This document shows, one piece after another, positions 53,058-64,000 of a stretch of DNA of 64,000 bases. The first letter of the stretch is position 1. Every line of letters starts with the position of its first letter. Position numbers and translations under genes: made by a program. The notes below the pieces were generated by a model, which had not been told where the DNA came from, made no database searches, and saw only the letters and a program-made list of their open reading frames with translations. The stretch is from Pristiophorus japonicus (Eukaryota), in NCBI RefSeq assembly GCF_044704955.1, contig NC_091985.1, positions 203,298,001-203,362,000 of the forward strand. The letters run 5' to 3'.

Positions 53058-55022
53058 GGGGACTGGGAGAAATTTAGAACTCAGCAGAGGAGGACAAAGG
53101 GTTTGATTAGGGCAGGGAAAATGGAGTACGAGAAGAAGCTTGCAGGGAACATTAAGGCGGATTGCAAAAGTTTCTATAGGTATGTAAAGAGAAAAAGGTT
53201 AGTAAGACAAACGTAGGTCCCCTGCAATCAGAATCAGGGGAAGTCATAACGGGGAACAAAGAAATGGCAGACCAATTGAACAAGTACTTTGGTTCAGTAT
53301 TCACTAAGGAGGACACAAACAACCTTCCGGATATAAAAGTGGTCAGAGGGTCTATTAAGGAGGAGGAACTGAGGGAAATCTTTATTAGTCGGGAAATTGT
53401 GTTGGGGAAATTGATGGGATTGAAGGCCGATAAATCCCCAGGGCCTGATGGACTGCATCCCAGAGTACTTAAGGAGGTGGCCTTGGAAATAGCGGATGCA
53501 TTGACAGTCATTTTCCAACATTCCATTGACTCTGGATCAGTTCCTATCGAGTGGAGGGTAGCCAATGTAACCCCACTTTTTAAAAAAGGAGGGAGAGAGA
53601 AAGCAGGGAATTATAGACCGGTCAGCCTGACCTCAGTAGTGGGTAAAATGATGGAATCAATTATTAAGGATGTCATAGCAGCGCATTTGGAAAATGGTGA
53701 CATGATAGGTCCAAGTCAGCATGGATTTGTGAAAGGGAGATCATGCTTGACAAATCTTCTGGAATTTTTTGAGGATGTTTCCAATAAAGTGGACAAAGGA
53801 GTACCAGTTGATGTGGTATATTTGGACTTTCAGAAGGCTTTCGACAAGGTCCCACACAGGAGATTAATGTGCAAAGTTAAAGCACATGGGATTGGGGGTA
53901 GTGTGCTGACGTGGATTGAGAACTGGTTGTCAGACAGGAAGCAAAGAGTAGGAGTAAATGGGTACTTTTCGGAATGGCAGGCAGTGACTAGTGGGGTACC
54001 GCAGGGTTCTGTGCTGGGGCCCCAGCTGTTTACATTGTACATTAATGATTTAGACGAGGGGATTAAATGTAGTATCTCCAAATTTGCGGATGACACTAAG
54101 TTGGGTGGCAGTGTGAGCTGCGAGGAGAATGCTATGAGGCTACAGAGTGACTTGGATAGGTTAGGTGAGTGGGCAAATGCGTGGCAGATGAAGTATAATG
54201 TGGATAAATGTGAGGTTATCCACTTTGGTGGTAAAAACAGAGAGACAGACTATTATCTGAATGGTGACAGATTAGGAAAAGGGAAGGTGCAACGAGACCT
54301 GGGTGTCATGGTACATCAGTCATTGAAGGTTGGCATGCAGGTACAGCAGGCGGTTAAGAAAGCAAATGGCATGTTGGCCTTCATAGCGAGGGGATTTGAG
54401 TACAGGGGCAGGGAGGTGTTGCTACAGTTGTACAGGGCCTTGGTGAGGCCACACCTGGAGTATTGTGTACAGTTTTGGTCTCCTAACTTGAGGAAGGACA
54501 TACTTGCTATTGAGGGAGTGCAGCGAAGGTTCACCAGACTGATTCCCGGGATGGTGGGACTGACCTATCAAGAAAGACTGGATCAACTGGGCTTGTATTC
54601 ACTGGAGTTCAGAAGAGTGAGAGGGGACCTCATAGAAACGTTTAAAATTCTGACGGGTTTGGACAGGTTGGATGCAGGAAGAATGTTCCCAATGTTGGGG
54701 AAGTCCAGAACCAGGGGTCACAGTCTAAGGATAAGGGGTAAGCCATTTAGGACCGAGATAAGGAGAAACTTCTTCACCCAGAGAGTGGTGAACCTGTGGA
54801 ATTCTCTACCACAGGAAGTAGTTGAGGCCAATTCACTAAATATATTCAAAAGGGAGTTAGATGAAGTCCTTACTACTCGGGGGATCAAGGGGTATGGCGT
54901 GAAAGCAGGAAGTGGGTACTGAAGTTTCATGTTCAGCCATGAACTCATTGAATGGCGGTGCAGGCTAGAAGGGCTGAATGGCCTGCTCCTGCACCTATTT
55001 TCTATGTTTCTATGTTTCTATG
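53058..55022 (+). mobile_element. Young CR1 LINE, 5'-truncated, inserted into an older - strand CR1 (52875-53057 and 55023-55110)
   Basis: (TTTCTATG)n tail; the interrupted element reads through ...gtgcaatcacatc / ttcctgtaatgtggggaccagaac... Confidence 0.97.
53264..54922 (+). CDS. CR1 ORF2 reverse-transcriptase portion (uninterrupted 552 aa, no endonuclease)
   Basis: NYRPVSLTS, QHGF, LDFQKAFDKV, GVPQGSVLGP, KFADDTK motifs. Confidence 0.9.
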   Translation: MADQLNKYFGSVFTKEDTNNLPDIKVVRGSIKEEELREIFISREIVLGKLMGLKADKSPGPDGLHPRVLKEVALEIADALTVIFQHSIDSGSVPIEWRVANVTPLFKKGGREKAGNYRPVSLTSVVGKMMESIIKDVIAAHLENGDMIGPSQHGFVKGRSCLTNLLEFFEDVSNKVDKGVPVDVVYLDFQKAFDKVPHRRLMCKVKAHGIGGSVLTWIENWLSDRKQRVGVNGYFSEWQAVTSGVPQGSVLGPQLFTLYINDLDEGIKCSISKFADDTKLGGSVSCEENAMRLQSDLDRLGEWANAWQMKYNVDKCEVIHFGGKNRETDYYLNGDRLGKGKVQRDLGVMVHQSLKVGMQVQQAVKKANGMLAFIARGFEYRGREVLLQLYRALVRPHLEYCVQFWSPNLRKDILAIEGVQRRFTRLIPGMVGLTYQERLDQLGLYSLEFRRVRGDLIETFKILTGLDRLDAGRMFPMLGKSRTRGHSLRIRGKPFRTEIRRNFFTQRVVNLWNSLPQEVVEANSLNIFKRELDEVLTTRGIKGYGVKAGSGY

Positions 55023-55323
55023 TTCCTGTAATGTGGGGACCAGAACTGTGCAAGTACTCTACCTAACCGTGGCCTAACTTGTATTTTACACAGTCTGAGC
55101 ATAACCTCCAGAATCTGGAACTTACTACCTGAAAGAGTGCTGGAGACAGAAACCCTCATTGCATTTACAAAATTACTTGGATATGCATTTGAAGTGTCAT
55201 AACCTACAGGGCTACGGACCAAGAGCTGCAAAGTGGGATTAGGCTGGATAGCTCTTTTTCAGCCACACAGACACGATGGGCCAAATGGCCTCTTTCTGTG
55301 TTGTAAACTGCTATGATTCCATG

Positions 55324-56185
55324 ACACCAATCTCCTCGTGTCTGATATAAACCAACCCCACAGTCACTGACACCAATCTCCTCGTGTCTGATATAAACCA
55401 ACCCCACAGTCACTGACACCAATCTCCTCCTGTCTGATATAAACCAACCCCACAGTCACTGACATCAATCTCCTCCTGTCTGATATAAACCAACCCCACA
55501 GTCACTGACACCAATCTCCTCCTGTCTGATATAAACCAACCCCACAGTCACTGACACCAATCTCCTCCTGTCTGATATAAACCAACCCCACAGTCACTGA
55601 CACCAATCTCCTCCTGTCTGATATAAACCAACCCCACAGTCACTGACACCAATCTCCTCCTGTCTGATATAAACCAACCCCACAGTGATTGACACCAATC
55701 TCCTCCTGTCTGATATAAACCAACCCCACAGTCACTGACACCAATCTCCTCCTGTCTGATATAAACCAACCCCACAGTCACTGACACCAATCTCCTCCTG
55801 TCTGATATAAACCAACCCCACAGTCACTGACACCAATCTCCTCCTGTCTGATATAAACCAACCCCACAGTCACTGACACCAATCTCCTCCTGTCTGATAT
55901 AAACCAACCCCACAGTCACTGACACCAATCTCCTCCTGTCTGATATAAACCAACCCCACAGTCACTGACACCAATCTCCTCCTGTCTGATATAAACCAAC
56001 CCCACAGTCACTGACACCAATCTCCTCCTGTCTGATATAAACCAACCCCACAGTGATTGACACCAATCTCCTCCTGTCTGATATAAACCAACCCCACAGT
56101 CACTGACACCAATCTCCTCCTGTCTGATATAAACCAACCCCACAGTCACTGACACCAATCTCCTCTTGTCTGATATAAACCAACC
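55324..56185. repeat. 46-bp minisatellite, ~19 near-identical copies (resumes at 57580-57650)
   Basis: gacaccaatctcctcctgtctgatataaaccaaccccacagtcact units. Confidence 0.97.
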
Positions 56186-57580
56186 ATCATCATAAAAGTC
56201 AGTCTCTTGGAGTTGAGGATGACTTGCTTCCACATTAAAAATTAGATCTCAGTTGTCTGTTAAGTCCAATGCGGGAGCTCCAGTCTCTGTCGCAGGTTGG
56301 TCAGACGGTGGTCGAAAGTACGTTGGTTGAAGTGTCGGTTTGTTGCAGTACATGGGTTGTTGTTTGCTCCTTCCGCCGTATGCGCTTGGTCTCTGCTTAC
56401 TCCTGGTGATGAGACTCAAAGTGTTCAATGCCCTCACGGACTATTCTCTTCCATTTTCAGTGATCTTGTGCCAGGGATTCCCAGGTGTCGGTGGGGATGT
56501 TGAACTTCTTCAAAGAAGCCTTGAGGGTGTCCTTGAAGCGTTTCCTTTGCCCCCCTGGGGCTCGCTTGCCGTGTCGAAGCTCCAAGTAGAGTGCTTGCTT
56601 TGGGAGTCTCGTATCGGGCATATGGACAATGTGGCCCGTCCATTGTAGCTGATCGAGCGTGGTCAATGCTTCAATGCTGAGGATGTTGGCCTGCGTGAGG
56701 ATATTGATGCACCTATCCTAGCAATGTATTTGCAGGACCTTTCACAGGCAACGCTGATGGTATTTCTCCAGTGCTTTGATGTGCCTACTGTATAGTCCAT
56801 GTCAGAGAAGCACATATGAGGGCAGGTATCACTACTGCTTTGTAGACCATGAGCTTTGTGCCGCTTTTAAGGTTCTGGTCTTCAAACACTCTATTCCTTA
56901 GGCGACCAAAGGCTGCACTGGCACACTGAAGGTGGTATTGGACCTAGTTATCAAAATCTGTCCTTGTTGACAGTAGGCTCCCGAGGTATGAAAAATGGTC
57001 CTAATTGTTCAAGACCTCAGCATGGATTTTGATAATTGGGGGAGGAGGGGGATGGGGGTGATAGTGCTGTGTGGCGGGAGCAGGTTGATAGAGCACCTTT
57101 GTTTTACGGATGTTTAGTGTAAGGCCTATGCTCTCAGTCGCTACGGTGAAAGTGTTGATGATGGTTTGGAGCCTGTCCTCCAAGTGAATGCAGATACAAG
57201 CGTCATCTGCATATTGTAATTCGAGGACAGAGGATGGCACGACCTTGGATCTGGTCTGAAGGTGATGGAAGTTGAACAGTTTCCCGTTTGTTCTATAGAT
57301 GATCTCCACTTCAGCAGGAAGCTTACTGATGGTGAGAAGTGGCTTTGCAGCAAGGAAGATCGACAAGAGCGTCGGTGCAATGACACAGCCTTGCTTCACC
57401 CCGGTTCGGACATGAACTGTGTCCGTGGTGGATCCATTGGTCAGGATCATGGCTTGCATGTTATCATAAAGCAAGCGGAGGATGGTGACAAATTTTTGAG
57501 ACAGCCAAATTTGTAGAGTACACTCGATAATCCCTCACAGTTGACCATGTCAAAGGCCTTGGTCAGGTCAAAGAAGGATG
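56186..57580 (-). mobile_element. RTE-clade LINE, 5'-truncated
   Basis: FDLTKAFD, GVKQGCVIAPTL, LQYADD, RLPKQALY...GGQRKRFKDTLK; (ATG)n tail; possible TSD AACCAACC. Confidence 0.93.
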
Positions 57581-57649
57581 AACCAACCCCACAGTCTTGA
57601 CACCAATATCCTCCCATGTGATATAAACCAACCCTCGTCACTGACACCA

Positions 57650-59292
57650 AGTGGACTGGGAAAATATGTTAAAGGGTAAGACTGTAGAAACGCAGTGGCA
57701 AACATTTAAGGAGATATTTCATAACTTCTCAGCAAAGATTTATTCAAGTGAGAAATAAAGATGCTAAGAGAAGGATGAACCATCCCTGGCTAACTAAGGA
57801 AGTAAAGGATGGTATCAAATTGGAAAAAAAAGGCATATAATGTTGCGAAGGACAGTGGAAGGCCAGAGGATTGGGAAATTTTTATAAACCAGCAAAGGAC
57901 GACTAAAAATATGATAAAGACAGAGAAGGTAGCATATGAGAGCAAACTAGCAAGAAATATAAAAACAGAGAGTAAGAGCTTCTACAGGTATATAAAAAGG
58001 AAACGAGTAGCTAAAGTAAATGTTGGTCCCTTAGAGGACGAGACTGGAGAATTAATAATTGGGAACTTGGAAATGGCAGATTTTAAACAAATATTTTGTA
58101 TCAGTCTTTACGGTAGAGGACACCAAAAAAATCCCAACAGTTGATAATCAAGGCACTATTGCAGTGGGGGGGGCAGGGGGCGGGAGAGCGGGGAGGAATA
58201 ACTTAAAACAAACACTATCACTAGAGATAAGGTACTAAGCAAACTAATGGGACTAAAGGTGGATAAGTCCCCTGGACCTGATGACATGCATCCTAGGATT
58301 TTAAACGAAGTGGCTGCAGATAGTGGCTGCATTGGTTGTAATCTACCAAAATTCCCTGAATTCTGGAGAGGTCCCAGCGGACTGGAAAAGTGCAAATATA
58401 ACACCCTTATTCAAGAAAGGAGGGAGTCAGAAGGCAGGAAACTATAGACCAGTTAGCCTACCATCTGTCATTGGGAAAATACTGGAGTCCATCATTAAGG
58501 AAGTAGTAGCAGGACATTTAGAAAATCATAAAGCAGTCACGCAGTCAGCATGGTTTTATGAAAGGGAAATCATTTTTGACAAATTTGCTGGAGTTGTTTG
58601 GGGATGTAACAAGCAGAGTAGATAAAGGGGAACCAGTTGATGTCGTATATTTGCATTTCCAGAAAGCATTCGATAAGGTGCCACACAAAAGGTTACTGCA
58701 CAAGTTAAAAGCTCACGGGGCTGGGGGTAACATATTAGCGTAAATAGAGGATTGGCTAACTAACAAAAAGTTGGGATAAATGGGTCATTCTCAGATTGGC
58801 AAACTGTAACTAGTGGGGTGCCGCAGGGATCAGTGCTGGGGCCTCAACTATTTACAATTTATATTAATGACTTGGATGAAGGAACCGAGTGTAATGCAGC
58901 CAAATTTGCTGGTGATACAAAGATAGGTGGGAAAGCAAGTTGTGAGGAGGACGCAAAGAATCTACAAAGGGATATAGATAGGCTCAGTGAGTGGGCAAAA
59001 ATCTGGCAGATGGACTATAATTTGGTAAAATGTCAGGTTACCTCCTTTGGTAGGAAAACTAAAAAAGCAAATTATTTAAATGGAACAATTACAAAATGCT
59101 GTAGTACAGAGGGATGTGGGGGTTCTTGTACATGAAACTCAAAAGGTTAGCAGGAAGTAATCAGGAAGGCAAATGGAATGCTGGCCTTTATTGCAAGGGG
59201 GATGGAGTGTAAAAGTAGGGAAGTCCTGCTACAAAACTGTACAGGGCGTTGGTAAGACCACACCTGGAGTACTGCACACTGGTTTGGTCTGG
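57650..59292 (+). mobile_element. CR1 LINE, degenerate
   Basis: Successive frameshifted ORF2 fragments from 57809 to 59135. Confidence 0.95.
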
Positions 59293-59829
59293 ACTTGTCT
59301 ACATTCCTGTGCCGAGGGGATTGCTACACCAGACGGGAAGGGCAATATTTGGGGACACTGATTCCCCACCAATTCCCATTGCCCTTCTTTCTGGTGGATA
59401 ATGGAGGGCCACCAATTCCCATTGCCCTTCTTTCTGGTGGATAATGGAGGGGCCACTGTGTGTAATGTGCAAGTCAGTAAGAATTGTTAACAAGCTCTTT
59501 GTAATTGGAGATTTTATTCAGTGGAAACTTTCACACACTATTGTAGATTTTGAACCAAAGATCAATTGAGGATTAAAGTAAAAGTTCATAATTTTATTGC
59601 ACACTAAATTTCTGTTGAGAGTCGCTGAATTAAGGGGAAAGATAACACACAGCGTTTCTTAAAATGGACACTGCAAACCCGAGAACACCATCAGCAATAT
59701 ATCCAGAATATTAAAGTCCAGCCCAGTTATAGGGTTATCAGCAGAAACAAACCCCAAATGTCAGAATGGACATGGTTCAGTCGAGATGTGATTAACAGCA
59801 GCAATAACAGCAGATTCCAACCCCTGCAG

Positions 59830-60588
59830 TCACTTGTGAACTCGCTGGTGTGTCAGCAGGTTGTATGACCGAGCGAATCGCTTCCCACACTCAGAGCAGG
59901 TGAACGGCCTCTCTCCAGTGTGAACTCGCTGATGTGTCAGCAGGGTGGATGACTGAGTGAATCGCTTCCCACACTCAGAGCAGGTGAACGGCCTCTCCCC
60001 AGTGTGAAATTGCTGGTGTCTCATCAGGTTGGATGACTGAGTGAATCCCTTCCCACACTCAGAGCAGGTGAATGGCCTCTCCCCAGTGTGAACTCGCTGG
60101 TGAGCTACAAGCTGGGATGAACAAATGAATCCCTTTCCACACTCAGAGCAGGTGAATGGTCTCTCCCCAGTGTGAACTCGCTGGTGTTTCAGCAGGTCGC
60201 ATGACTGAGTGAATCCCTTCCCACACTCAGAGCAGGTGAACGGCCTCTCCCCAGTGTGAACTCGCTGATGAGTTACAAGGTGCGATGATGTAATGAATCC
60301 CTTTCCACATTCAGAGCAGGTGAATGGCCTCTCCCTAGTGTGAACTCGCTGGTGAGTTACAAGGTTGGATGAATCAGTGAAACCCTTCCCACACTCAGAG
60401 CAGGTGAATGGCCTCTCCCCAGTGTGAACTCGCTGGTGAGTTACAAGTTGGGATGACCGAGTGAATCCTTTCCCACACACAAGGCAGGTGAACGGCCTCT
60501 CCCCTGTGTAATTGCGTCGATGAATTTCCAGCTCAGACGGTGATCTGAATACCTTCTCACAATCACCACATTTCCACGGTTTCTCCAT
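59830..60588 (-). CDS. C2H2 zinc-finger protein B (8 canonical fingers plus 1 degenerate; no KRAB seen)
   Basis: Open from [10 protein letters not shown] (ATG 60588; in-frame ATG also at 60615) to HQRVHK*; TGERPF linkers. Confidence 0.88.
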   Translation of the reverse strand: MEKPWKCGDCEKVFRSPSELEIHRRNYTGERPFTCLVCGKGFTRSSQLVTHQRVHTGERPFTCSECGKGFTDSSNLVTHQRVHTRERPFTCSECGKGFITSSHLVTHQRVHTGERPFTCSECGKGFTQSCDLLKHQRVHTGERPFTCSECGKGFICSSQLVAHQRVHTGERPFTCSECGKGFTQSSNLMRHQQFHTGERPFTCSECGKRFTQSSTLLTHQRVHTGERPFTCSECGKRFARSYNLLTHQRVHK

Positions 60589-61104
60589 GGTGCGAGTATC
60601 CTTGTGACTCTCCATGGTTGGACAATCAGTTGAAGCCTCGCCCACACACACAACACATTTACAGTTTCTCCGTGGTTTGAATGGTGCGATGTTTTTTCAG
60701 GCTGTGTAACTGGCTAAAGCTCTTTCCACAGACAGTGCACTGGAACATTCACTCGAGTGTGTTAGTCTCGATACTTTTCCAGTCACACAGATATTTGAAA
60801 TCTATTCCCACAGACAGAACAGACAAGCATTTCTCCTTCCACTTTCAAAGCCCGATGATATTCAGGTCCTGATGAAACGATTGACTCCGTCAGATCTTGA
60901 CACGATGTATGGTCTGAAAATCTCCCCTCCTGTAAAAGGAGATAACAAAACTCATCACTGTCAGTACAAGACAGAAATTCAAAATAGACAAATCTAGTTT
61001 CCATGGAACTTTCTTTCCTCTCTTGTTCTTCCAAAGCTGTAAATCCCTGTCCCACACATTGATCCTCCTGCTGTGCTGAAATCCAAACCCATCACACATT
61101 TCGG

Positions 61105-63528
61105 AAGGAAAAGGAGGTGGGCTAGCACTGTTAATAAAGGATGGGATCAGTGCGTTACTGAGAAACGATATTGGCTCAGAGGATCAAGATGTTGAAACAG
61201 TTTGGGTGGAGATAAGGAATAATAAGGGGAAAAAGTTGCCGGTGTGCTTAGTGCATAGGCCCCCTAACAGTAGCTGCACTGTTGGACGGAGTATAAATCA
61301 AGAAATAATGGAAGCTTGTAATAAAGGAATGGCAATAATTATGGGTGATTTTAACCTTCATATTGATTGGACGAAGCAAATTGGTCAGGGAAGCCTTGAG
61401 GAAGAGTGAATCCAGGATAGTTTCCTTGAACAGTACATTGCGGAACCAACCAGGGAGTGAGCTATCTTAGAACTAGTACTGTGTAATGAGGCAGGATTAA
61501 TAAATGACCTTGTAGTAAAAGATTCTCGAGGAATGAGTGACCATAATATGTTGAATTTCAAATTCAGTTGGAGGGTGAGAAAGTTGGTTCTCAAACCAGG
61601 GTCCGAAGCTTAAATAAAGGGGACTACAAAGGTATGAGAGCAGAGTTGGCTAAAGTGGACTAGGAAAATAGACTAAAGAATGGGACGATTGATGAGCTAT
61701 GGCAGACATTTAAGGAGATATTTCATAACTCGCAACTAAAATATATCCCAATGAGAAGGAAAGACTGCAAGAAAAGGGATAACCATCCATGGCTAACTAA
61801 ACAAATAAGGGATGGTATTAAAATGGAGAACAGGGAAATGGCAGCGACGTTGAACAAATATTTTGTATCAGTCTTCACGCTAGAAGACACTAAATACATC
61901 CCAATAGTGGATAATCAAAGGACTATAGGTAGGGAGGAACTTAATACAATCACCATTACTAATGAAGTAGTATTAAGTAAAATAATGGGACGAAAGGTGG
62001 ACAAGTCCCTTGGACCTGACGCCTTACATCCTGGGGTCTTAAGAGAAGTGGCTCCAGAGATAGTGGATGCATTGGTTGTAATCTACCAAAATTCCCTGGA
62101 TTCTGCCGCGGTCCCAGCAGATTGGAAAACCACAAATGTAACACCCCTATTTAAAAAAGGAGGCAGACAAAAGCAAGAAACTATAGACCAGTTAGCCTAA
62201 GATCTGTCATTGGGAAAATGCTGGAGTCCATCGTTAAGGAAGCAGTAGCAGGACATTTGGAAAAGCAAGATTCAATCAAGCAGAGTCAACATGGTTTTAT
62301 GAAAGGGAAATCATGTTTGACAAATTTGCTGGAGTTCTTTGAGGATATAACGAGCAGGGTGGATAAGGGGGAACCAGTGGATGTGGTGTATTTGGATTTC
62401 TAGAAGGCATTCGATAAGGTGCCATATAAAAGGTTACTGCACAAGATAAAAGCTCATGGGGTTGGGGGCAATATCTTAGCATGGATAGAGGATTGGCTAA
62501 CTGACAGAAAACGGAGTCAGGATAAATGGGTCATTTTCCGATTGGCAAACAGTAACTAGTGGGGTGCCGCAGGGATCAGTGCTAGGCCCCAACTATTTAC
62601 AATCTATATTAATGACTTGGATGAAGGGACCGAGTGTAATATAGCCAAGTTGCTGATGATACAAAGATGGGTGGATCAGCAAATTGTGAAGCGGACACAA
62701 AAATCTGCAAAGGGATATAGACAGGCTAAGTGAGTGGGCAAAAATTTGGCAGATGGAGTATAATGTGGGAAAATGTGAGGTTATCCACTTTGGCAGAAAT
62801 AATAGAAAAGCAAATTATAATTTAAATGGAGAAAAATTGCAAAATGCTGCAGTACAGAGAAACCTGGAGTTCCTTGTGCATAAAACATAAAAAGATAGTA
62901 TGAAGGTACAGCAAGTAACCAGGAAGGCAAATGGAATGTTGATGTTTATTGCAAGTGGGATAGAGTATGAAAGCAAAGAAGTCCTGCACCAAGTGTACAG
63001 AGTATTGGTGAGGCCACACCTGGAGTACTGCTTGGAGGCTGTTCATAGAAGGTTCACTACATTAATTCCAGAGATGAGGCATTTGAATTATGAACATAGG
63101 TTGAGCCTATACACATTGGAGTTTAGAAGAATGAGGGGTGATCTTATTGAAACATATAAGATAATGAGGGGGCTTGACAAGGCGGATGCAGAGAGGATGT
63201 TTCCACTCACAGGGGAAACTAAAACTAGGGGACATAGTCTCAGAATAAGGGGCCGCCTATTTAAAACTGAGATGAGGTGGCGTTTATTCTCTCAGAGGGT
63301 TGTAAATCTGTGGAATTCTGTGCCCCAGAGAGCTGTGGAGGCTGGGTCATTGAATATATTTAAGGTGGAGATAGACATATTTTTGAGCGATAAGGGAGTA
63401 AAGGGTTATGGAGAGCAGGCAGGGAAGTGGAGTTGAGTCCATCATCAGATCAGCCATGATCTTATTGAACGGCAGAGCAGGCTCGAGGGGCCAAATGGTC
63501 TACACCTGCTCCTATTTCTTATATTCTG
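61105..63528 (+). mobile_element. CR1 LINE, degenerate, in the first intron of gene B
   Basis: Endonuclease (HRPPNS, IIMGDFN), RT and C-terminal fragments; the flanks are contiguous in gene A (~31735-31760). Confidence 0.95.
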
Positions 63529-63529
63529 G

Positions 63530-63815
63530 AGTGTTTCTCCTCCACTACCAGTTTTCACCACCAATTCTGGCTGTGTTCAGTTCTACACTCACTGGACCCC
63601 CTCCCCTCCCCTGAAGGTGCTGACTCTGGCTGGGTTCAGTTCTACACTCACTGGTTCCCCTTCCCTGAAGGTGCTGACTCTGGCTGGGATCCTGAAACCC
63701 CGCCGACACATTGTTCTTTCACAAAGATGGCCACGCATGCGCTCTACTGCTCGGTGAATCACGATGGCGGCGCAGAAACCTGCAGCTGTCCTTTACAAAG
63801 ATGGCGACCGTCAGT
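63530..63815 (-). promoter_or_regulatory. First exon and promoter of zinc-finger gene B
   Basis: Reverse complement of 31335-31740 with two repeat units; GCGCATGCG and three (A)AGATGGC/GATGGCG YY1-type motifs. Confidence 0.7.
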
Positions 63816-64000
63816 TTGGGCCTGTTACCGCGAAAACGCCCCAGAGCTGCAAATTCGAGACCTGTTGTTTCTTAGTCCGGGTTGGCGACCTGCAGCAGGT
63901 GTTTATAAAGCCCACCTGTCGAGCACGTTGCTCCCCTTATCCCGCTGATTCAAATTCGACTCCAAACTACATGTCAGACCTTCGCCCGCTCACAGCCCGC

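Noticed and set aside
53264-54922. Domesticated RT gene or autonomous CR1
   Set aside because: 5'-truncated, lacks endonuclease and ORF1; the open frame is explained by recent insertion.
55324-56185. CRISPR-like appearance of regular repeats
   Set aside because: Units are contiguous with no unique spacers, no cas genes are present and the context is vertebrate.

Overview
Vertebrate genomic DNA, most likely a cartilaginous fish (inferred from the CR1 families, a Deu-type SINE and KRAB-less 'MEKPWKC' zinc-finger genes). 6.5-19.5 kb holds a replication-dependent histone cluster: H2B, H2A, H2B, H2A on +, H3 (runs into an N gap), H4 and H1 on -, plus H2B/H4 remnants, nearly all with 3' stem-loops. 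32004-39987 is a defective full-length endogenous retrovirus on the - strand with 463-bp LTRs, a 5-bp TSD and a tRNA-Ser-type PBS, inserted into a C2H2 zinc-finger gene. An inverted paralogue of that gene (59.8-63.8 kb) preserves the empty site. The rest is CR1, L2 and RTE LINEs, SINEs, minisatellites and a multi-copy promoter/non-coding exon unit. The best candidate for new biology is the provirus: a CNPase-like 2H phosphoesterase (HCT...HLT) between protease and RT, a small Vpu-like membrane ORF overlapping the env start, and an Env tail with two acidic YxxM motifs. All calls are from reading the sequence only; repeat boundaries and copy numbers are approximate.
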